A program made the position numbers and the translations under genes. From Longimicrobiales bacterium (GTDB lineage: Bacteria > Gemmatimonadota > Gemmatimonadetes > Longimicrobiales > Gaopeijiaceae): 64,000 nt of DNA. Numbering within the stretch: position 1 is the stretch's first letter; every line of letters begins with the position of its first letter. The stretch is from assembly GCA_965203485.1 (NCBI GenBank), contig OZ241892.1:2016001-2080000 (forward strand), read 5' to 3'. Positions 37,045 through 47,455 of this stretch are shown here, piece after piece. Under the pieces are notes generated by a model. It searched no databases. It was given only the letters and a program-made list of their open reading frames with translations, and had not been told where the DNA came from.

Positions 37045-38613
37045 TCAGCCCAGAACGTAGTTGACGGCCACGAGGACCAGACCGATGAACGCGCCCAGCG
37101 CGTAGCCCAGGCGGACGATGGTCCGCAGCTCCCTGTCGGTGACCCGCCGGACGAGCTCCTCCATCCGTTCCACGGGAAAGTCCAGCACCTTGTCCTCCAC
37201 CCGGCGCGCCACGTCCAGCTTGCGCGCGAGCGCGGGCACCTGAGCCTGCAACCATGTCCACAACGGGCCGCCCAGAGCACGGGGAACGTCCTCGGCGGCG
37301 CCGACGGGCAGCAAGCGGGCCGGGCGGCCGATGGGCCGGCTCGCGATCGTGCCGGCCAAGCGGACCGCGCCGTCGCGGGCGAGTCCGGAAGCGACTTCGC
37401 TGCGGGCCGCCTCGACCAGCCACGCCGCCGCTCGCTCCGGCGCGATGCCTCCCAGCAGATCGCCCCAGGTGCGTCCGGACGCGCGAGCCAAGCCCGCGCT
37501 CAGCTTCTCCATGACGAAAGCGCGCGTAGCGGAGTCGCGGACCAGTCCGATCACCCACTCGACCAGCGCTTCCTGGGCTTCGAGCGCGGCTTCGCCGTCG
37601 GGTGCCCCGAAGACCTGCGTGACGGGCCGGTCCATGAGGTCGGCGATGGCCTTGTTGATGCCGTCCGCCATGGCGGCCTGAACCGGCGGGTCGCGCAGCA
37701 TCTCGGCGATGCGGTCCGCGCCCTCGACCTGAATGGCGTCCAAGGCGCGGTTGACCGTCTCTTCGTTCATGACCAGCCGGGCGACGACGCGCTGGTGGAA
37801 CTTCAGGTCCTGCAGGAACCGGCGCAGCACTTCGTTGATGGCCTTCTCGAAGCGGCCCTTCGCCTCGGCGTCCTCGAGGATCGAGCCCAGCCGGCCCATC
37901 GCAAGCGGAAGGAAGCCCGCGACCGCGCGCTCCAGCGTGCCGGCCGCCCCCGGGGGCAGCACGTCGCGAATCGCCAGCTCCGAGTCCAGCATGCGGTCCG
38001 CGGCCCCGCGCACGTACCCCTCGACAGTGCGCCGAAAGCCGCCACCGGCCACGGCCTCGTCGATCCACGCTCCCGCTGCGGCGACCGCCCGAGCCTCGCG
38101 GTCCGGCGTGAGCGCCCCGGCGACCGGCTGCCTCGCCAAGAACGACGCCAAGTCCTGCGCCCAGCCCGCGGCGTCGCCCTCGAAGCGCTCCGACTCGACA
38201 TAGCCGCGGAGCCGCGACAGCGCGTGCTCCAGCATCTCCTCGGCAACGGGCGCGATCTCGGCGATCGCCGCCGGCCCCAGCACCTCCTGCAACGATCCCC
38301 GCTCCGTCTCCAGAACGTCGTGCCAGAAGCGGGCGAGCCGCTGGTCGAACGCTTCCCGGAACTCCGGCCGCGCGACGACGGCCGCCAAGTCGTCTTCCGT
38401 GAGCAGGCGCGTGCCCACCGTGCGCCCGATCGCCGACGCAAGCCGCGGCTGGTTCTTGGGGATGGCGCCCTGCAGAAAGCGCAACCGGCGCCGGCCGATC
38501 CTAGGGGGCGCATAGGGGTGGAACAGCATCCAGATGGCGAGCGTGTTCGTGAGGCCGCCCGCCACCGCGCCCATCGCGACCGTCAGCACGGCGCGCCAGA
38601 GGGCCTCGCTCAC
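37045..38613 (-). CDS. DUF445 family membrane protein
   Basis: GGLTNTLAIWMLFHP, GAIPK, RELRTIVRLGYALG. Confidence 0.88.
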   Translation of the reverse strand: MSEALWRAVLTVAMGAVAGGLTNTLAIWMLFHPYAPPRIGRRRLRFLQGAIPKNQPRLASAIGRTVGTRLLTEDDLAAVVARPEFREAFDQRLARFWHDVLETERGSLQEVLGPAAIAEIAPVAEEMLEHALSRLRGYVESERFEGDAAGWAQDLASFLARQPVAGALTPDREARAVAAAGAWIDEAVAGGGFRRTVEGYVRGAADRMLDSELAIRDVLPPGAAGTLERAVAGFLPLAMGRLGSILEDAEAKGRFEKAINEVLRRFLQDLKFHQRVVARLVMNEETVNRALDAIQVEGADRIAEMLRDPPVQAAMADGINKAIADLMDRPVTQVFGAPDGEAALEAQEALVEWVIGLVRDSATRAFVMEKLSAGLARASGRTWGDLLGGIAPERAAAWLVEAARSEVASGLARDGAVRLAGTIASRPIGRPARLLPVGAAEDVPRALGGPLWTWLQAQVPALARKLDVARRVEDKVLDFPVERMEELVRRVTDRELRTIVRLGYALGAFIGLVLVAVNYVLG

Positions 38614-38629
38614 GCGGCGCGGCTCCGCG

Positions 38630-39598
38630 TCATCGCTGGAGGTGGCGCACGAAGCCCGTCACGGGGATGCTGTCGCCGGCCGCCACGACCACGCCCTCGA
38701 CCTCGTACACGGCGACCACCGGGAGAACCGCTCCTTCGCCGTCCACCGCCCCGACGTGCGAACTCGCCGACCGGAACTCGCCCGCGAGACCGTCTCCCGA
38801 CCGGAAGCGCCACAGCACGGGAACGTCGCGGCGCGCCCGCTCGAAGCTTCGCGTCTCCGACCATTCGACCTCCGTGTCCGGCCACGATCCGTCGGCGCCG
38901 TCCGCGAACGTCCAGCTCCGGTAGCGGCCGCGGCGGCCGGGGCCGGCGAGGACCAGCGCAAAGCCGCCCGTCCCCGTCAGGATGCCCCACTCGCCCGCCA
39001 GCTCCTCCGCCGACTCGGCCGCCGCCGAGACGTCGATCGCCAAGCCGGGCGTCTCGCGTCCGCCCAACGCCGCCGACGCGCGCGACAACTGAAAGGAGCT
39101 CGCGCCGGGGCCGCTCCACTCGGCGAGCGCGCCGCCCAAGCGAACCGATACGCCGCGCCCTCCTCCCTCGTAGTACACCTCGCGGACCACGTCCTCCTCG
39201 CCCACCACGAGGCGCACCGGGCCGCGTGGAACGATGCGCCAAGGGGCGCGGCTGGGACCGGCGGCCCAGCGCTCCTCGATGAACTGGGCCCAGTCGCCTT
39301 CCCGGCCCAGCCAGCCCCGAACCGTCCGCTGGACGCTGTCGGGACCCGTCAACGTCTCGAAGTCCCAGGCGGCGTACATGGAAGGGCTGCCGCTCCCGCC
39401 CACGAAGGCGATCGTGCGCTGGTACGCCGCCGCGCCGACCACGACGGCGGGCGCCCCGGAGCCGCGGGCCGCGGTCCCCGCCGGCGCCCTCCCGGCAGGC
39501 CCGTCGCCCGGCGCGTCTCCGAAGCACGCCGCCAAGGCGGCCGCCAACGCCGCCGCCGCCATTCCGACGCCGGGAGGACGGATCGAGCGCTCCACCAT
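38630..39598 (-). CDS. Hypothetical lipoprotein
   Basis: LAAALAAC lipobox; protein-like composition; co-oriented with DUF445. Confidence 0.6.
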   Translation of the reverse strand: MVERSIRPPGVGMAAAALAAALAACFGDAPGDGPAGRAPAGTAARGSGAPAVVVGAAAYQRTIAFVGGSGSPSMYAAWDFETLTGPDSVQRTVRGWLGREGDWAQFIEERWAAGPSRAPWRIVPRGPVRLVVGEEDVVREVYYEGGGRGVSVRLGGALAEWSGPGASSFQLSRASAALGGRETPGLAIDVSAAAESAEELAGEWGILTGTGGFALVLAGPGRRGRYRSWTFADGADGSWPDTEVEWSETRSFERARRDVPVLWRFRSGDGLAGEFRSASSHVGAVDGEGAVLPVVAVYEVEGVVVAAGDSIPVTGFVRHLQR

Positions 39599-39733
39599 CA
39601 GGACGATTCCCGCCTCTCTTCCTGCGACAAGGACTTGGACCGCCGCGTCCGCCGCCCGATACTGGACATGGATGATTCCCCGGCCTGCCGCAACGGCCAA
39701 CCCGCCAAAATAGCGTAGCCCCGAGAACCCGCC

Positions 39734-40753
39734 ATGAAAGCCGTCATTCCTCTCGCCGGAAGGGGGACGCGCCTCCGTCCCCACACGCACCACGTGCCCA
39801 AGCCCCTGCTCAAGGCGGCGGGCAAGCCGGTGCTCGACTACCTCGTCGAAAGCCTGCTGGCGGCAGGCATGGAGGAGGCCGTGTTCGTCGTCGGCCACCT
39901 GCGCGACGCGATTCGCTCGCACGTGTCCGCGCGCTTCCCCGCGCTGGCGGCCCGCTACGTGGTCCAGGAAGTGCAGGACGGGACGGCCGGGGCCGTCGCC
40001 TTGGCCGAGCCCTGGATCGGCGGCGAACTGTTCGTGGTGTTCGCCGACGCCGTCTACGAAGCGGACTTGCGCTCGCCGCCCGAACGCGAACGCGACGCCG
40101 GCGCCGTCGTCTGGGCGGCGGAAGTGGAGGACTACCAGCGCTACGGGGTCATCGTCACGGACGCCAAGGGCGACATGACGCGCATCGTCGAGAAGCCGAG
40201 CGACCCGGTGTCGAGGCTGGCCAACATCGGCCTCTACTACGTGCGCGACCATGCTCTGTTCTTCGAGGGGATTCGACGGACGCTGGCCGCGCCGCCCGGG
40301 CCTGCGGGCGAGTACTTCCTCACGGACGCGTTCCAGTACATGGTCGACGCGGGCTCGCGGATCGCCACGGCGGCCGCCGACGGGTGGCACGACACGGGCA
40401 AGGTCGGCACGTTGCTGGCCACGAGCCGCCATCTGCTGGCCGCCGGGCGCGGCGGGGTCGCCGCGAGCGCGACGGTCGCCGGGTCGGAGGTCTCGCCGCT
40501 GGCCCGGATCGAGGACGGCGCGACGGTGGTTCGGTCGCGCATCGGCGAGAACGCGACCGTGGAGGCGGGCGCGCGCATCGAAGACGCGAGTCTGGAGGAC
40601 GCGATCGTGGGGGCCGGCGCGGTGGTGGTCCGCAGCGCGCTGCGCCGCTCCGTCGTGGGCGAGCGGGCGGTGGTCCGCGGTCTCCGGGGATCCTTGCTGG
40701 TGGCCGCCGACTCCGAAGTGCTTTGCGGCGAGAAGGACGGGAAGCCACTATAG
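39734..40753 (+). CDS. Sugar-phosphate nucleotidyltransferase with hexapeptide tail
   Basis: IPLAGRGTRLRP.T...PKPL, IVEKP, W.DTG. Confidence 0.9.
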   Translation: MKAVIPLAGRGTRLRPHTHHVPKPLLKAAGKPVLDYLVESLLAAGMEEAVFVVGHLRDAIRSHVSARFPALAARYVVQEVQDGTAGAVALAEPWIGGELFVVFADAVYEADLRSPPERERDAGAVVWAAEVEDYQRYGVIVTDAKGDMTRIVEKPSDPVSRLANIGLYYVRDHALFFEGIRRTLAAPPGPAGEYFLTDAFQYMVDAGSRIATAAADGWHDTGKVGTLLATSRHLLAAGRGGVAASATVAGSEVSPLARIEDGATVVRSRIGENATVEAGARIEDASLEDAIVGAGAVVVRSALRRSVVGERAVVRGLRGSLLVAADSEVLCGEKDGKPL

Positions 40754-40792
40754 GGCGAAGCGGCAGGCGCCCAGACCCGAAACGGAGCGGCG

Positions 40793-42040
40793 ATGGACCT
40801 CGGACGACTGATCCACGATTGGAACGTCGAGGGACTCGACCAGCTGGGCTGGAAGCGCCCGGTGGAGCTGTCCGACGAGACGCTCCGGGACGGACTGCAA
40901 TCGCCGTCGGTCGTGGACCCGCCGGTCGCCGCCAAGGTCGAGCTCGTGCACATCATGGACGAGCTGGGCATTCACGCCGCCGACGTCGGCCTGCCGGGCG
41001 CCGGGCCCCGCGCCGTCGCCGACATCACGCGCATCTGCAGAGAGGTCCGCGACGCCGGCCTGTCGTTGCGCCCCAACTGCGCGGCCCGCACGGCGTTGGC
41101 CGACGTGGAGCCGGCGGCCCGCATCATGCAAGGGACGGGCGTGCCGCTGGAAGTCTGCACCTTCATCGGCAGCTCGCCGATCCGGGTGTTCGCGGAGGGA
41201 TGGACGACCGACCGCATGCTCCGCCACGCAGAGGAGGCCGTCTGCTTCTGCGTGCGCGAGGGCATCGACGTGACCTTCGTCACCGAGGACACGACGCGCG
41301 CCGACCACGAGATGCTCAAGACGCTGTACGGCCACGCTATCCGTTGGGGCGCGCGGCGCATCTGCCTCTCGGACACCGTGGGCCACGCCACGCCGCACGG
41401 GACGCGGGCGCTGGTGGCGTTCGCGCGGCGGGAGATCGTCGAGCCGTCCGGAGAAGACGTCAAGATCGACTGGCACGGCCACCGAGACCGGGGGCTGGGC
41501 ATCGCCAACGCGCTCGCGGCCATCGAAGCCGGCGCGGACCGAATCCACGCGACCGCGCTGGGCATCGGCGAGCGCGTAGGCAACGTGGAAATGGACCTGC
41601 TGCTCGTGAACTTGAGCTTGGCGGGCGTGCACGAGGCCGATCTGACGCGCCTTGCCGAATACTGCGAGCTGGTGGCCCGGGAGTGCGGCGTGCCGATCCC
41701 GCCCAACTACCCGGTCCTGGGCGCGGACGCCTTTCGCACGGCGACCGGCGTGCACGCCGCCGCGATCGTCAAGGCCCAAGCGAAGGGCGCGCACTGGCTG
41801 GCGGACCGCGTGTACTCGGCGGTGCCCGCTTCCGTCGTGGGCCGGCGCCAGGTCATCGAGATCGGCCCGATGTCGGGAATCTCGAACGTCAAGCACTGGC
41901 TGGCGGAGCGTGGGTACGACGCCGACGACGAACTCCTCTGCCAAGCGGTCTTCGAGCGGGCGAAGTCGGTGAACCACACGCTGTCGGAGGACGAGGTGCT
42001 GGCCGTGATCGCCGGAGCGAAGGGGCGGCGGACCGGCTGA
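40793..42040 (+). CDS. LeuA-family DRE-TIM enzyme (2-isopropylmalate synthase-like)
   Basis: DETLRDGLQ, DTVG, WHGHRDRG, GIGERVGN, GVHA. Confidence 0.88.
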   Translation: MDLGRLIHDWNVEGLDQLGWKRPVELSDETLRDGLQSPSVVDPPVAAKVELVHIMDELGIHAADVGLPGAGPRAVADITRICREVRDAGLSLRPNCAARTALADVEPAARIMQGTGVPLEVCTFIGSSPIRVFAEGWTTDRMLRHAEEAVCFCVREGIDVTFVTEDTTRADHEMLKTLYGHAIRWGARRICLSDTVGHATPHGTRALVAFARREIVEPSGEDVKIDWHGHRDRGLGIANALAAIEAGADRIHATALGIGERVGNVEMDLLLVNLSLAGVHEADLTRLAEYCELVARECGVPIPPNYPVLGADAFRTATGVHAAAIVKAQAKGAHWLADRVYSAVPASVVGRRQVIEIGPMSGISNVKHWLAERGYDADDELLCQAVFERAKSVNHTLSEDEVLAVIAGAKGRRTG

Positions 42041-42777
42041 TGGAGGCTGCGTCCAACGGCGAGGAAGCGGGACGCCCGCGGGTGCTGGTGATCGAGGACG
42101 ACAGCGACATCGCCGCGCTGGTCGTCTACCACATGGTGAAGGCCGGATATCGCGTGGAAACGGCGGCCAACGGGGCCGAAGGGCTCGACTGCGTGGACCG
42201 CGAGCCGCCCGATCTTCTGGTGCTCGACCGGCTGCTGCCCGGCGTGGCGGGCGACGACGTGCTGCGCTCGGTGCGCGCGGACGCCTCGACGCGCTCGTTG
42301 CCGGTGCTGATGCTGACGGCCCTCGGCGACTCGGCCGACAGGATCGAGGGGCTGGAAATCGGGGCGGACGACTATCTGGCCAAGCCGTTCGATCCGCGCG
42401 AGCTGCTCCTGCGGGCCGCCGCCATACTCCGCCGCGCCAGGGACGGCGAGACGGTCGGCGAGGCGGAGCGCGTGCTGGGAACGGGCGCCCTGCGCGTGTA
42501 CCGCGACGCTCGGCGCGTCACGGTGCACGACCGCGAAGTGGCGCTGACCCCGACGGAGTTCCGCCTGCTCGAGCGCCTGATCGAGCGCCGCGGGCGGACT
42601 CAGACCCGGCCGCAGCTTCTCGAGGACGCGTGGCCCGACGGCTGGGGCGGGCTCCACCGGCCCCGCACGCGCACGGTGGACATGCACATTCGCCGCTTGC
42701 GGTCCAAGCTGGGTTCGGCCGGCGACTGGATCGAGACGGTCCGCGGATGCGGCTACCGTTTCGTCGGGCCGGCGTGA
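42040..42777 (+). CDS. phoB: OmpR/PhoB family response regulator
   Basis: VIEDD, LVLD, LMLTA, GADDYLAKPF, LTPTEF, RTVDMHIRRLRSKL; upstream of the pst operon. Confidence 0.85.
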   Translation: MEAASNGEEAGRPRVLVIEDDSDIAALVVYHMVKAGYRVETAANGAEGLDCVDREPPDLLVLDRLLPGVAGDDVLRSVRADASTRSLPVLMLTALGDSADRIEGLEIGADDYLAKPFDPRELLLRAAAILRRARDGETVGEAERVLGTGALRVYRDARRVTVHDREVALTPTEFRLLERLIERRGRTQTRPQLLEDAWPDGWGGLHRPRTRTVDMHIRRLRSKLGSAGDWIETVRGCGYRFVGPA

Positions 42778-42886
42778 CGGGGCCTGCGCCCGGCGAAGAG
42801 CGCGGGCCGGGCGCGCACCGGCGGCTTCGTCCCGGGCCCCGGGCCCGCAGGCGCGGCAAGCCGGGCCGCGTCCGGGCCGCGCGGTC

Positions 42887-44647
42887 GTGAGGCTGTCTCT
42901 GCGGTCGGTGTCGACGGCTTGGGCGGCCGGGGCCGTCGTCGCGATCACGCTGACCGCCTGGGTCGCGGGGCGAGCGGCGTTCGCCAACGCCTTCGCGTCG
43001 CGGGCCGAGCGGCAACTCGCCGGAGCGGCTCGGCTCGGCGCCGAGTTCCTGCGGATGTCGCAACACCTGCCTGCCGACAGCGTGGCCCGCGTCCTCGCGC
43101 TCGCGACCGAGCACCGTGTCAGCGTCTTCGACACGGCGCTCGCTCTCGTAGCGGACTCGGACGTGCGCCCCGGCGAGGCCGACACGCTGCAGGACCGGAG
43201 CCGCCGGACCGAGATCGAAGGCGCGCTGGACCGAGGCGCGGCCACGGCCCGGCGGCGCAGCGCGAGCGACCGGCGCCGCTACGTCTTCGGCGCCGCCCGG
43301 CTGCATTGGCAAGGAGAGCCCGCGACGATCCGCTTCGGCGCCCGCACCGACGCGCTGGAGAGAACCGCGGGCCAAGCGGCGCTCGTCGTCGCGCTGGCCG
43401 TGCTGGGCGCGAGCATCGTCGCGGTCGCGGCGCTGGACCGCTTTGCTCGCAGTCTGAAGCGGTCGCTGGCCGAAGTCCGGCGCTGGCTCGGCCGCGCCGC
43501 ATCGGGCGACGGAGACGACGAGCGCCCGGAGCTGTCCCGCACGACGGAAGTGGCCCAGATGGCCCTGGCCGCCGACCGGCTGAAGGCCGGCCTGAACGCC
43601 CGCATCGCAACGGCCGGGCGCGAACGCGACGAACTGGCGCAACTGGTGGACCAGGTCGGCGAGGGGCTCGTCGCGCTCGACCAGGAGGCCCGCATCTTCC
43701 AGATCAATCCAGCGGCGCGGCGGCTCCTGGGCTTGGCCGAGGTCGCGCCCCTGACCCCAGTCGGAGCGGTCGTGCGCGACCCGGCGCTTCGGGATCTGCT
43801 GGAGGAATCGGTGGCCCGAAGGGAGGGGCGACTGGAGCTGGGAGTGGGGGACCGGGAGCTCGACGTGCGCACCAAGCGCGGCGCCGACGGCGGGGCCGTG
43901 GTCCTCCTGGTCGACGTGACCGAGATCAGGCGGCTGGACGCGGTGCGGTCGGACTTCGTCGCGAACGCGTCCCATGAGCTGAAGACGCCGCTGACCGTGA
44001 TCCGCGCCGCCGCCGAGGCCATCGGCGACGCCGGGCTGTCGGACGAGCTGCGGACCAGGTTCGTGCGCGCCATCGGGACGAACGCCGTCCGCCTGCAACG
44101 GCTCGTGGACGACCTGCTCGACTTGTCGCGCTACGAGTCGGGCGCGTGGCGGCCGACGCGCGAACTCGTCGCGATGGCGAGCGTGGCCCGGACGGCTTGG
44201 CAAGATCTGGAAGGCGAGCCGGGTCATGCGGAAGTGACCTTCGAGGTGCACGGCGACGGGACGGCTCGGGGCGACGGGGCGGCCGTGTACCAGATCTTCA
44301 GGAACCTGTTCGAGAACGCGTTGCGCTACGTCTCGCGCGAATCGGCCCGGATCACGGTGGGAGTGCGCGCTTCGGACGACAAGGTGGCCGTGACGGTCGG
44401 AGACAACGGCGCGGGAATGCCGGAAACGGCGTTGCCGCGCATCTTCGAGCGGTTCTACCGAGTGGACGGGGCACGCTCGCGAGCGGGCGGCGGCACCGGC
44501 CTGGGCCTGGCGATCGTCCGCCATCTGGTCGTCAGCATGGGCGGCGAGGTCGCGGCGGCGAGCGCGCTGGGGGAGGGCACGGCCATCACCTTCGACCTCC
44601 CCCAGGCCGACGCCGTTCCGGCAACGAGTTCCACGGGCGCACCATGA
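42887..44647 (+). CDS. phoR: PhoR-like sensor histidine kinase
   Basis: DFVANASHELKTPL, NLFENALRY, DNGAG, FERFYRVD, GGTGLGLAIV. Confidence 0.88.
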   Translation: MRLSLRSVSTAWAAGAVVAITLTAWVAGRAAFANAFASRAERQLAGAARLGAEFLRMSQHLPADSVARVLALATEHRVSVFDTALALVADSDVRPGEADTLQDRSRRTEIEGALDRGAATARRRSASDRRRYVFGAARLHWQGEPATIRFGARTDALERTAGQAALVVALAVLGASIVAVAALDRFARSLKRSLAEVRRWLGRAASGDGDDERPELSRTTEVAQMALAADRLKAGLNARIATAGRERDELAQLVDQVGEGLVALDQEARIFQINPAARRLLGLAEVAPLTPVGAVVRDPALRDLLEESVARREGRLELGVGDRELDVRTKRGADGGAVVLLVDVTEIRRLDAVRSDFVANASHELKTPLTVIRAAAEAIGDAGLSDELRTRFVRAIGTNAVRLQRLVDDLLDLSRYESGAWRPTRELVAMASVARTAWQDLEGEPGHAEVTFEVHGDGTARGDGAAVYQIFRNLFENALRYVSRESARITVGVRASDDKVAVTVGDNGAGMPETALPRIFERFYRVDGARSRAGGGTGLGLAIVRHLVVSMGGEVAAASALGEGTAITFDLPQADAVPATSSTGAP

Positions 44648-45564
44648 GGACCGGCGGACCCATTCTACTGACGGCCGCATTGTCGACCGGCTGCTTCGGT
44701 GGCGCCGACGTCGTGGTCGTGGACGGGTCCAACAGCGTGGCGCCGCTCGCGGAACTCGTCGCGACGGCCTTCGGCGCCCGGCATCCCGGCAACCGCGTCG
44801 CGCTGCGGTCGTCGGGCACCGGCGGCGGGTTCCGCAGGCTGTGCGACGGAGAGACCGACATCGCGACCGCGTCCAGGCCGATGTCCGCCCGCGAGAGAGC
44901 GCGATGCCTGCAGCGCGGGGTCCGCGCGCTGGCCGTTCCGATCGCCAGGGACGGAGTGGCCGTCGTCGCGAACCCCCGGAACGCGGCCGTCGCCTGCCTC
45001 GGCCTGGCCGAACTCGCGCGCTTGTGGGAGCCCGGAAGCGCCGTGTCGACGTGGCGCTCTCTGCGGCCGAGCCTGCCCGCCGAAGCGATTCGCCTGTACG
45101 CGCCCGGCTTCGATTCCGGCACGCTCGAATTCTTCACGCGGGTCGTGGTCGGCCGCGCCAAGGCCAGCCGCGCAGACTACGGGTCGTCCGGAGACCAAGC
45201 CAGCGTCGCCCGCAACGTCGCCGGGAATCGATGGGCGACGGGATACATGGGCTATGCCCACTACGCCGCCAACCGGGGCAAGTTGCGCTTGCTGCAGGTG
45301 GACACCGGCACGGGTTGCGTCGAGCCCTCCCCCGCCGGCTTCGCCGACGGAAGCTACAGCCCGCTCGTGCGCGATCTCTTCTTCCATGTCGCCGAAGACG
45401 CGCTGCGCCGGCCGGCGGTCGCCCGCTTCGCCGCCTTCTTCGTGGCGGCCAGCCCCGGCTTGGCTTCCCGGGCCGGGTACGCTCCCATGCCGGCCGCCGT
45501 CTACGAACGGAGCCGCTCGCTGCTCGCCGAACGAACGCGTCCGCCCGGACGGGCAGGCCCGTGA
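44644..45564 (+). CDS. pstS: Phosphate ABC transporter substrate-binding protein
   Basis: DGSNSV.P, SGTGGGF, DIATASR, DSGT..FF, YSPLVR. Confidence 0.88.
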   Translation: MRTGGPILLTAALSTGCFGGADVVVVDGSNSVAPLAELVATAFGARHPGNRVALRSSGTGGGFRRLCDGETDIATASRPMSARERARCLQRGVRALAVPIARDGVAVVANPRNAAVACLGLAELARLWEPGSAVSTWRSLRPSLPAEAIRLYAPGFDSGTLEFFTRVVVGRAKASRADYGSSGDQASVARNVAGNRWATGYMGYAHYAANRGKLRLLQVDTGTGCVEPSPAGFADGSYSPLVRDLFFHVAEDALRRPAVARFAAFFVAASPGLASRAGYAPMPAAVYERSRSLLAERTRPPGRAGP

Positions 45565-46586
45565 GCCGCCGCGCGACCCCGCGCGACGCCGCGAGTACGC
45601 GCGCGAGCGGACGCCCCCTCGCGCACCGGGCGCACCGTCCGGGGGCGCGGGCCGACCGGATCATGCGGCGCGTCCTCTTGGCTTGCACGCTGTTGTCGGC
45701 GGCGACCGCAGTGGTCGTGCTCGGCGTGTTGGCGGTGGGCGCCGGCCGGTTCTTCTCGGAGGTGGCCCCGTGGCGCTTCTTGGCGGGCCCCGAGTGGGCT
45801 CCGTTCGCGGAGGATCCGCGGTTCGGGGCGTTGCCGCTGGCGGTGGCGACCGGCCAGATCACGGCGGGCGCGATCGGCGTGGCGGCGCCGCTCGGACTGC
45901 TGTCGGCCGTCTACATGCAGCACTACGCCGGCCCCCGCGCGGGCCGTGCCGCCTCGGCCGCTGTCGCGGCGCTGGCAGCCGTGCCCACCGTCGTCTTCGG
46001 GTACGTGGCGCTGAACGCCGTAACGCCGGCCCTCCGCGCCGTTCTGCCCGGCATCGAGGCGTTCAACGGCGCGTCCGCGACGATCGTCGTGGGGCTGATG
46101 ATCACGCCGACGGTCGCCTTTCTGGCGCGCGAGTCGCTGGCGGCCGTGCCTCCCTCGCTTCTCGAAGCGGGCACGGCCCTGGGGGCGTCGCGTGGCCAAG
46201 TCGTCGTCCGCATCATAGCGCCCGCCGCGATTCGCGGGCTCGCGGCGTCCTTGCTTCTGGCCATGGCCCGGGCGGCAGGCGAGACGATGATCGTCACGAT
46301 GGCCGCCGGCAGCCGGGCGGACTTGGCCTGGAGTCCGCTCGAGGGGGCCCGCACGCTCACGGCCTTTCTCGCACAAGCCAACTTGGGCGACACGAGCTCC
46401 GGCGGCCCGGACGCCCAGGCCGCGCTCGCGGTCGCCGCGCTCCTGTTCGCCGTCACCTGCGCCGTCCACGCCGCAGGCAGGACTCTGTGGGTGCGCGCCG
46501 CGACGGCGGCGACCCGCGGCCACCCGACCCCGCCGTCCCGAGCCGTCCGCTACCGACGACGTCCCCAACCGGCCATCCGCGCATGA
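45561..46586 (+). CDS. pstC: Phosphate ABC transporter permease
   Basis: FGALPL, LAAVPTVVFG, ALGASR, ARAAGETMIV. Confidence 0.88.
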   Translation: MSRRATPRDAASTRASGRPLAHRAHRPGARADRIMRRVLLACTLLSAATAVVVLGVLAVGAGRFFSEVAPWRFLAGPEWAPFAEDPRFGALPLAVATGQITAGAIGVAAPLGLLSAVYMQHYAGPRAGRAASAAVAALAAVPTVVFGYVALNAVTPALRAVLPGIEAFNGASATIVVGLMITPTVAFLARESLAAVPPSLLEAGTALGASRGQVVVRIIAPAAIRGLAASLLLAMARAAGETMIVTMAAGSRADLAWSPLEGARTLTAFLAQANLGDTSSGGPDAQAALAVAALLFAVTCAVHAAGRTLWVRAATAATRGHPTPPSRAVRYRRRPQPAIRA

Positions 46587-47455
46587 CGTCCCCGACGGAG
46601 CCGACTCCGCTCGCGGAGCTCCGCCGCCGCGTCGACCTGCTCGGCCTGGCGGCGCGGCTGGCGGCCGCGGGCACAGCGGCGGCGGCCGCGGCGCTCCTGG
46701 GCTTCCTGGCGTGGCGACTCGGGCGGTCGAGCCTGAGCGGGGCGGCCGACGGCTCGTTGCCGGCCGGCGGCTGGGACGCGATCGGCGCGGCTGCGGCGGG
46801 CACGTTCTGGCTCGTTGGAACCACTGGCGCGATCGCACTGCCCGCAGGCATCGGCACGGCCCTGTACCTGGAGGAATACGCCCGCCCCAAGACGCGGATC
46901 CTCTCCGCCCTCCAAGCCGCGCTGTCGAACCTCTGCGGCGTCCCGTCGGTGGTCTACGGCGTCGCCGGACTGACCCTGCTCGTGCACGGCCTCTCCCTGG
47001 ACCGCAGCATCCTGGTCGGCGGACTCGTCCTGGCCGCGGCCGCCCTGCCCCCCGTCGCCGCCGCCTCCGCCGAGGCCATCAGAGCGGTGCCCGAGGACCT
47101 GCGCACCGCCGCGTACGGCCTGGGCGCCACGCGCTGGCAAGTCGTGCGCCGGCAGGTCCTGCCGACCGCGGCGCCGGGAATCGCGACCGGCGCTTGCGCC
47201 GCTCTCACGCGCGCGGCGGGCGAGGCGGCCCCGCTCGTCGTCGTGGGCGCCGCGTCTCTGGCCACGTTCGCGCCCGCAGGCCCGGCCGCCCCGCTGGTCT
47301 CCCTGCCGACGCAGGTATTCGCCTGGGCCGCCCGCCCGCAGGCCGAGTTCGCGGCCCACGCCTCCGGAGCGGCGCTTGCGCTGCTGGCTATCCTTCTGGG
47401 AATCAATCTCGCAACCCTTCTGTTCCGCCGACGACTGCAGCAGATCCTTTCGTGA
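46583..47455 (+). CDS. pstA: Phosphate ABC transporter permease
   Basis: ALYLEEY, GVPSVVYG, AYGLGATRWQ, RAAGEAAPL. Confidence 0.88.
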   Translation: MTSPTEPTPLAELRRRVDLLGLAARLAAAGTAAAAAALLGFLAWRLGRSSLSGAADGSLPAGGWDAIGAAAAGTFWLVGTTGAIALPAGIGTALYLEEYARPKTRILSALQAALSNLCGVPSVVYGVAGLTLLVHGLSLDRSILVGGLVLAAAALPPVAAASAEAIRAVPEDLRTAAYGLGATRWQVVRRQVLPTAAPGIATGACAALTRAAGEAAPLVVVGAASLATFAPAGPAAPLVSLPTQVFAWAARPQAEFAAHASGAALALLAILLGINLATLLFRRRLQQILS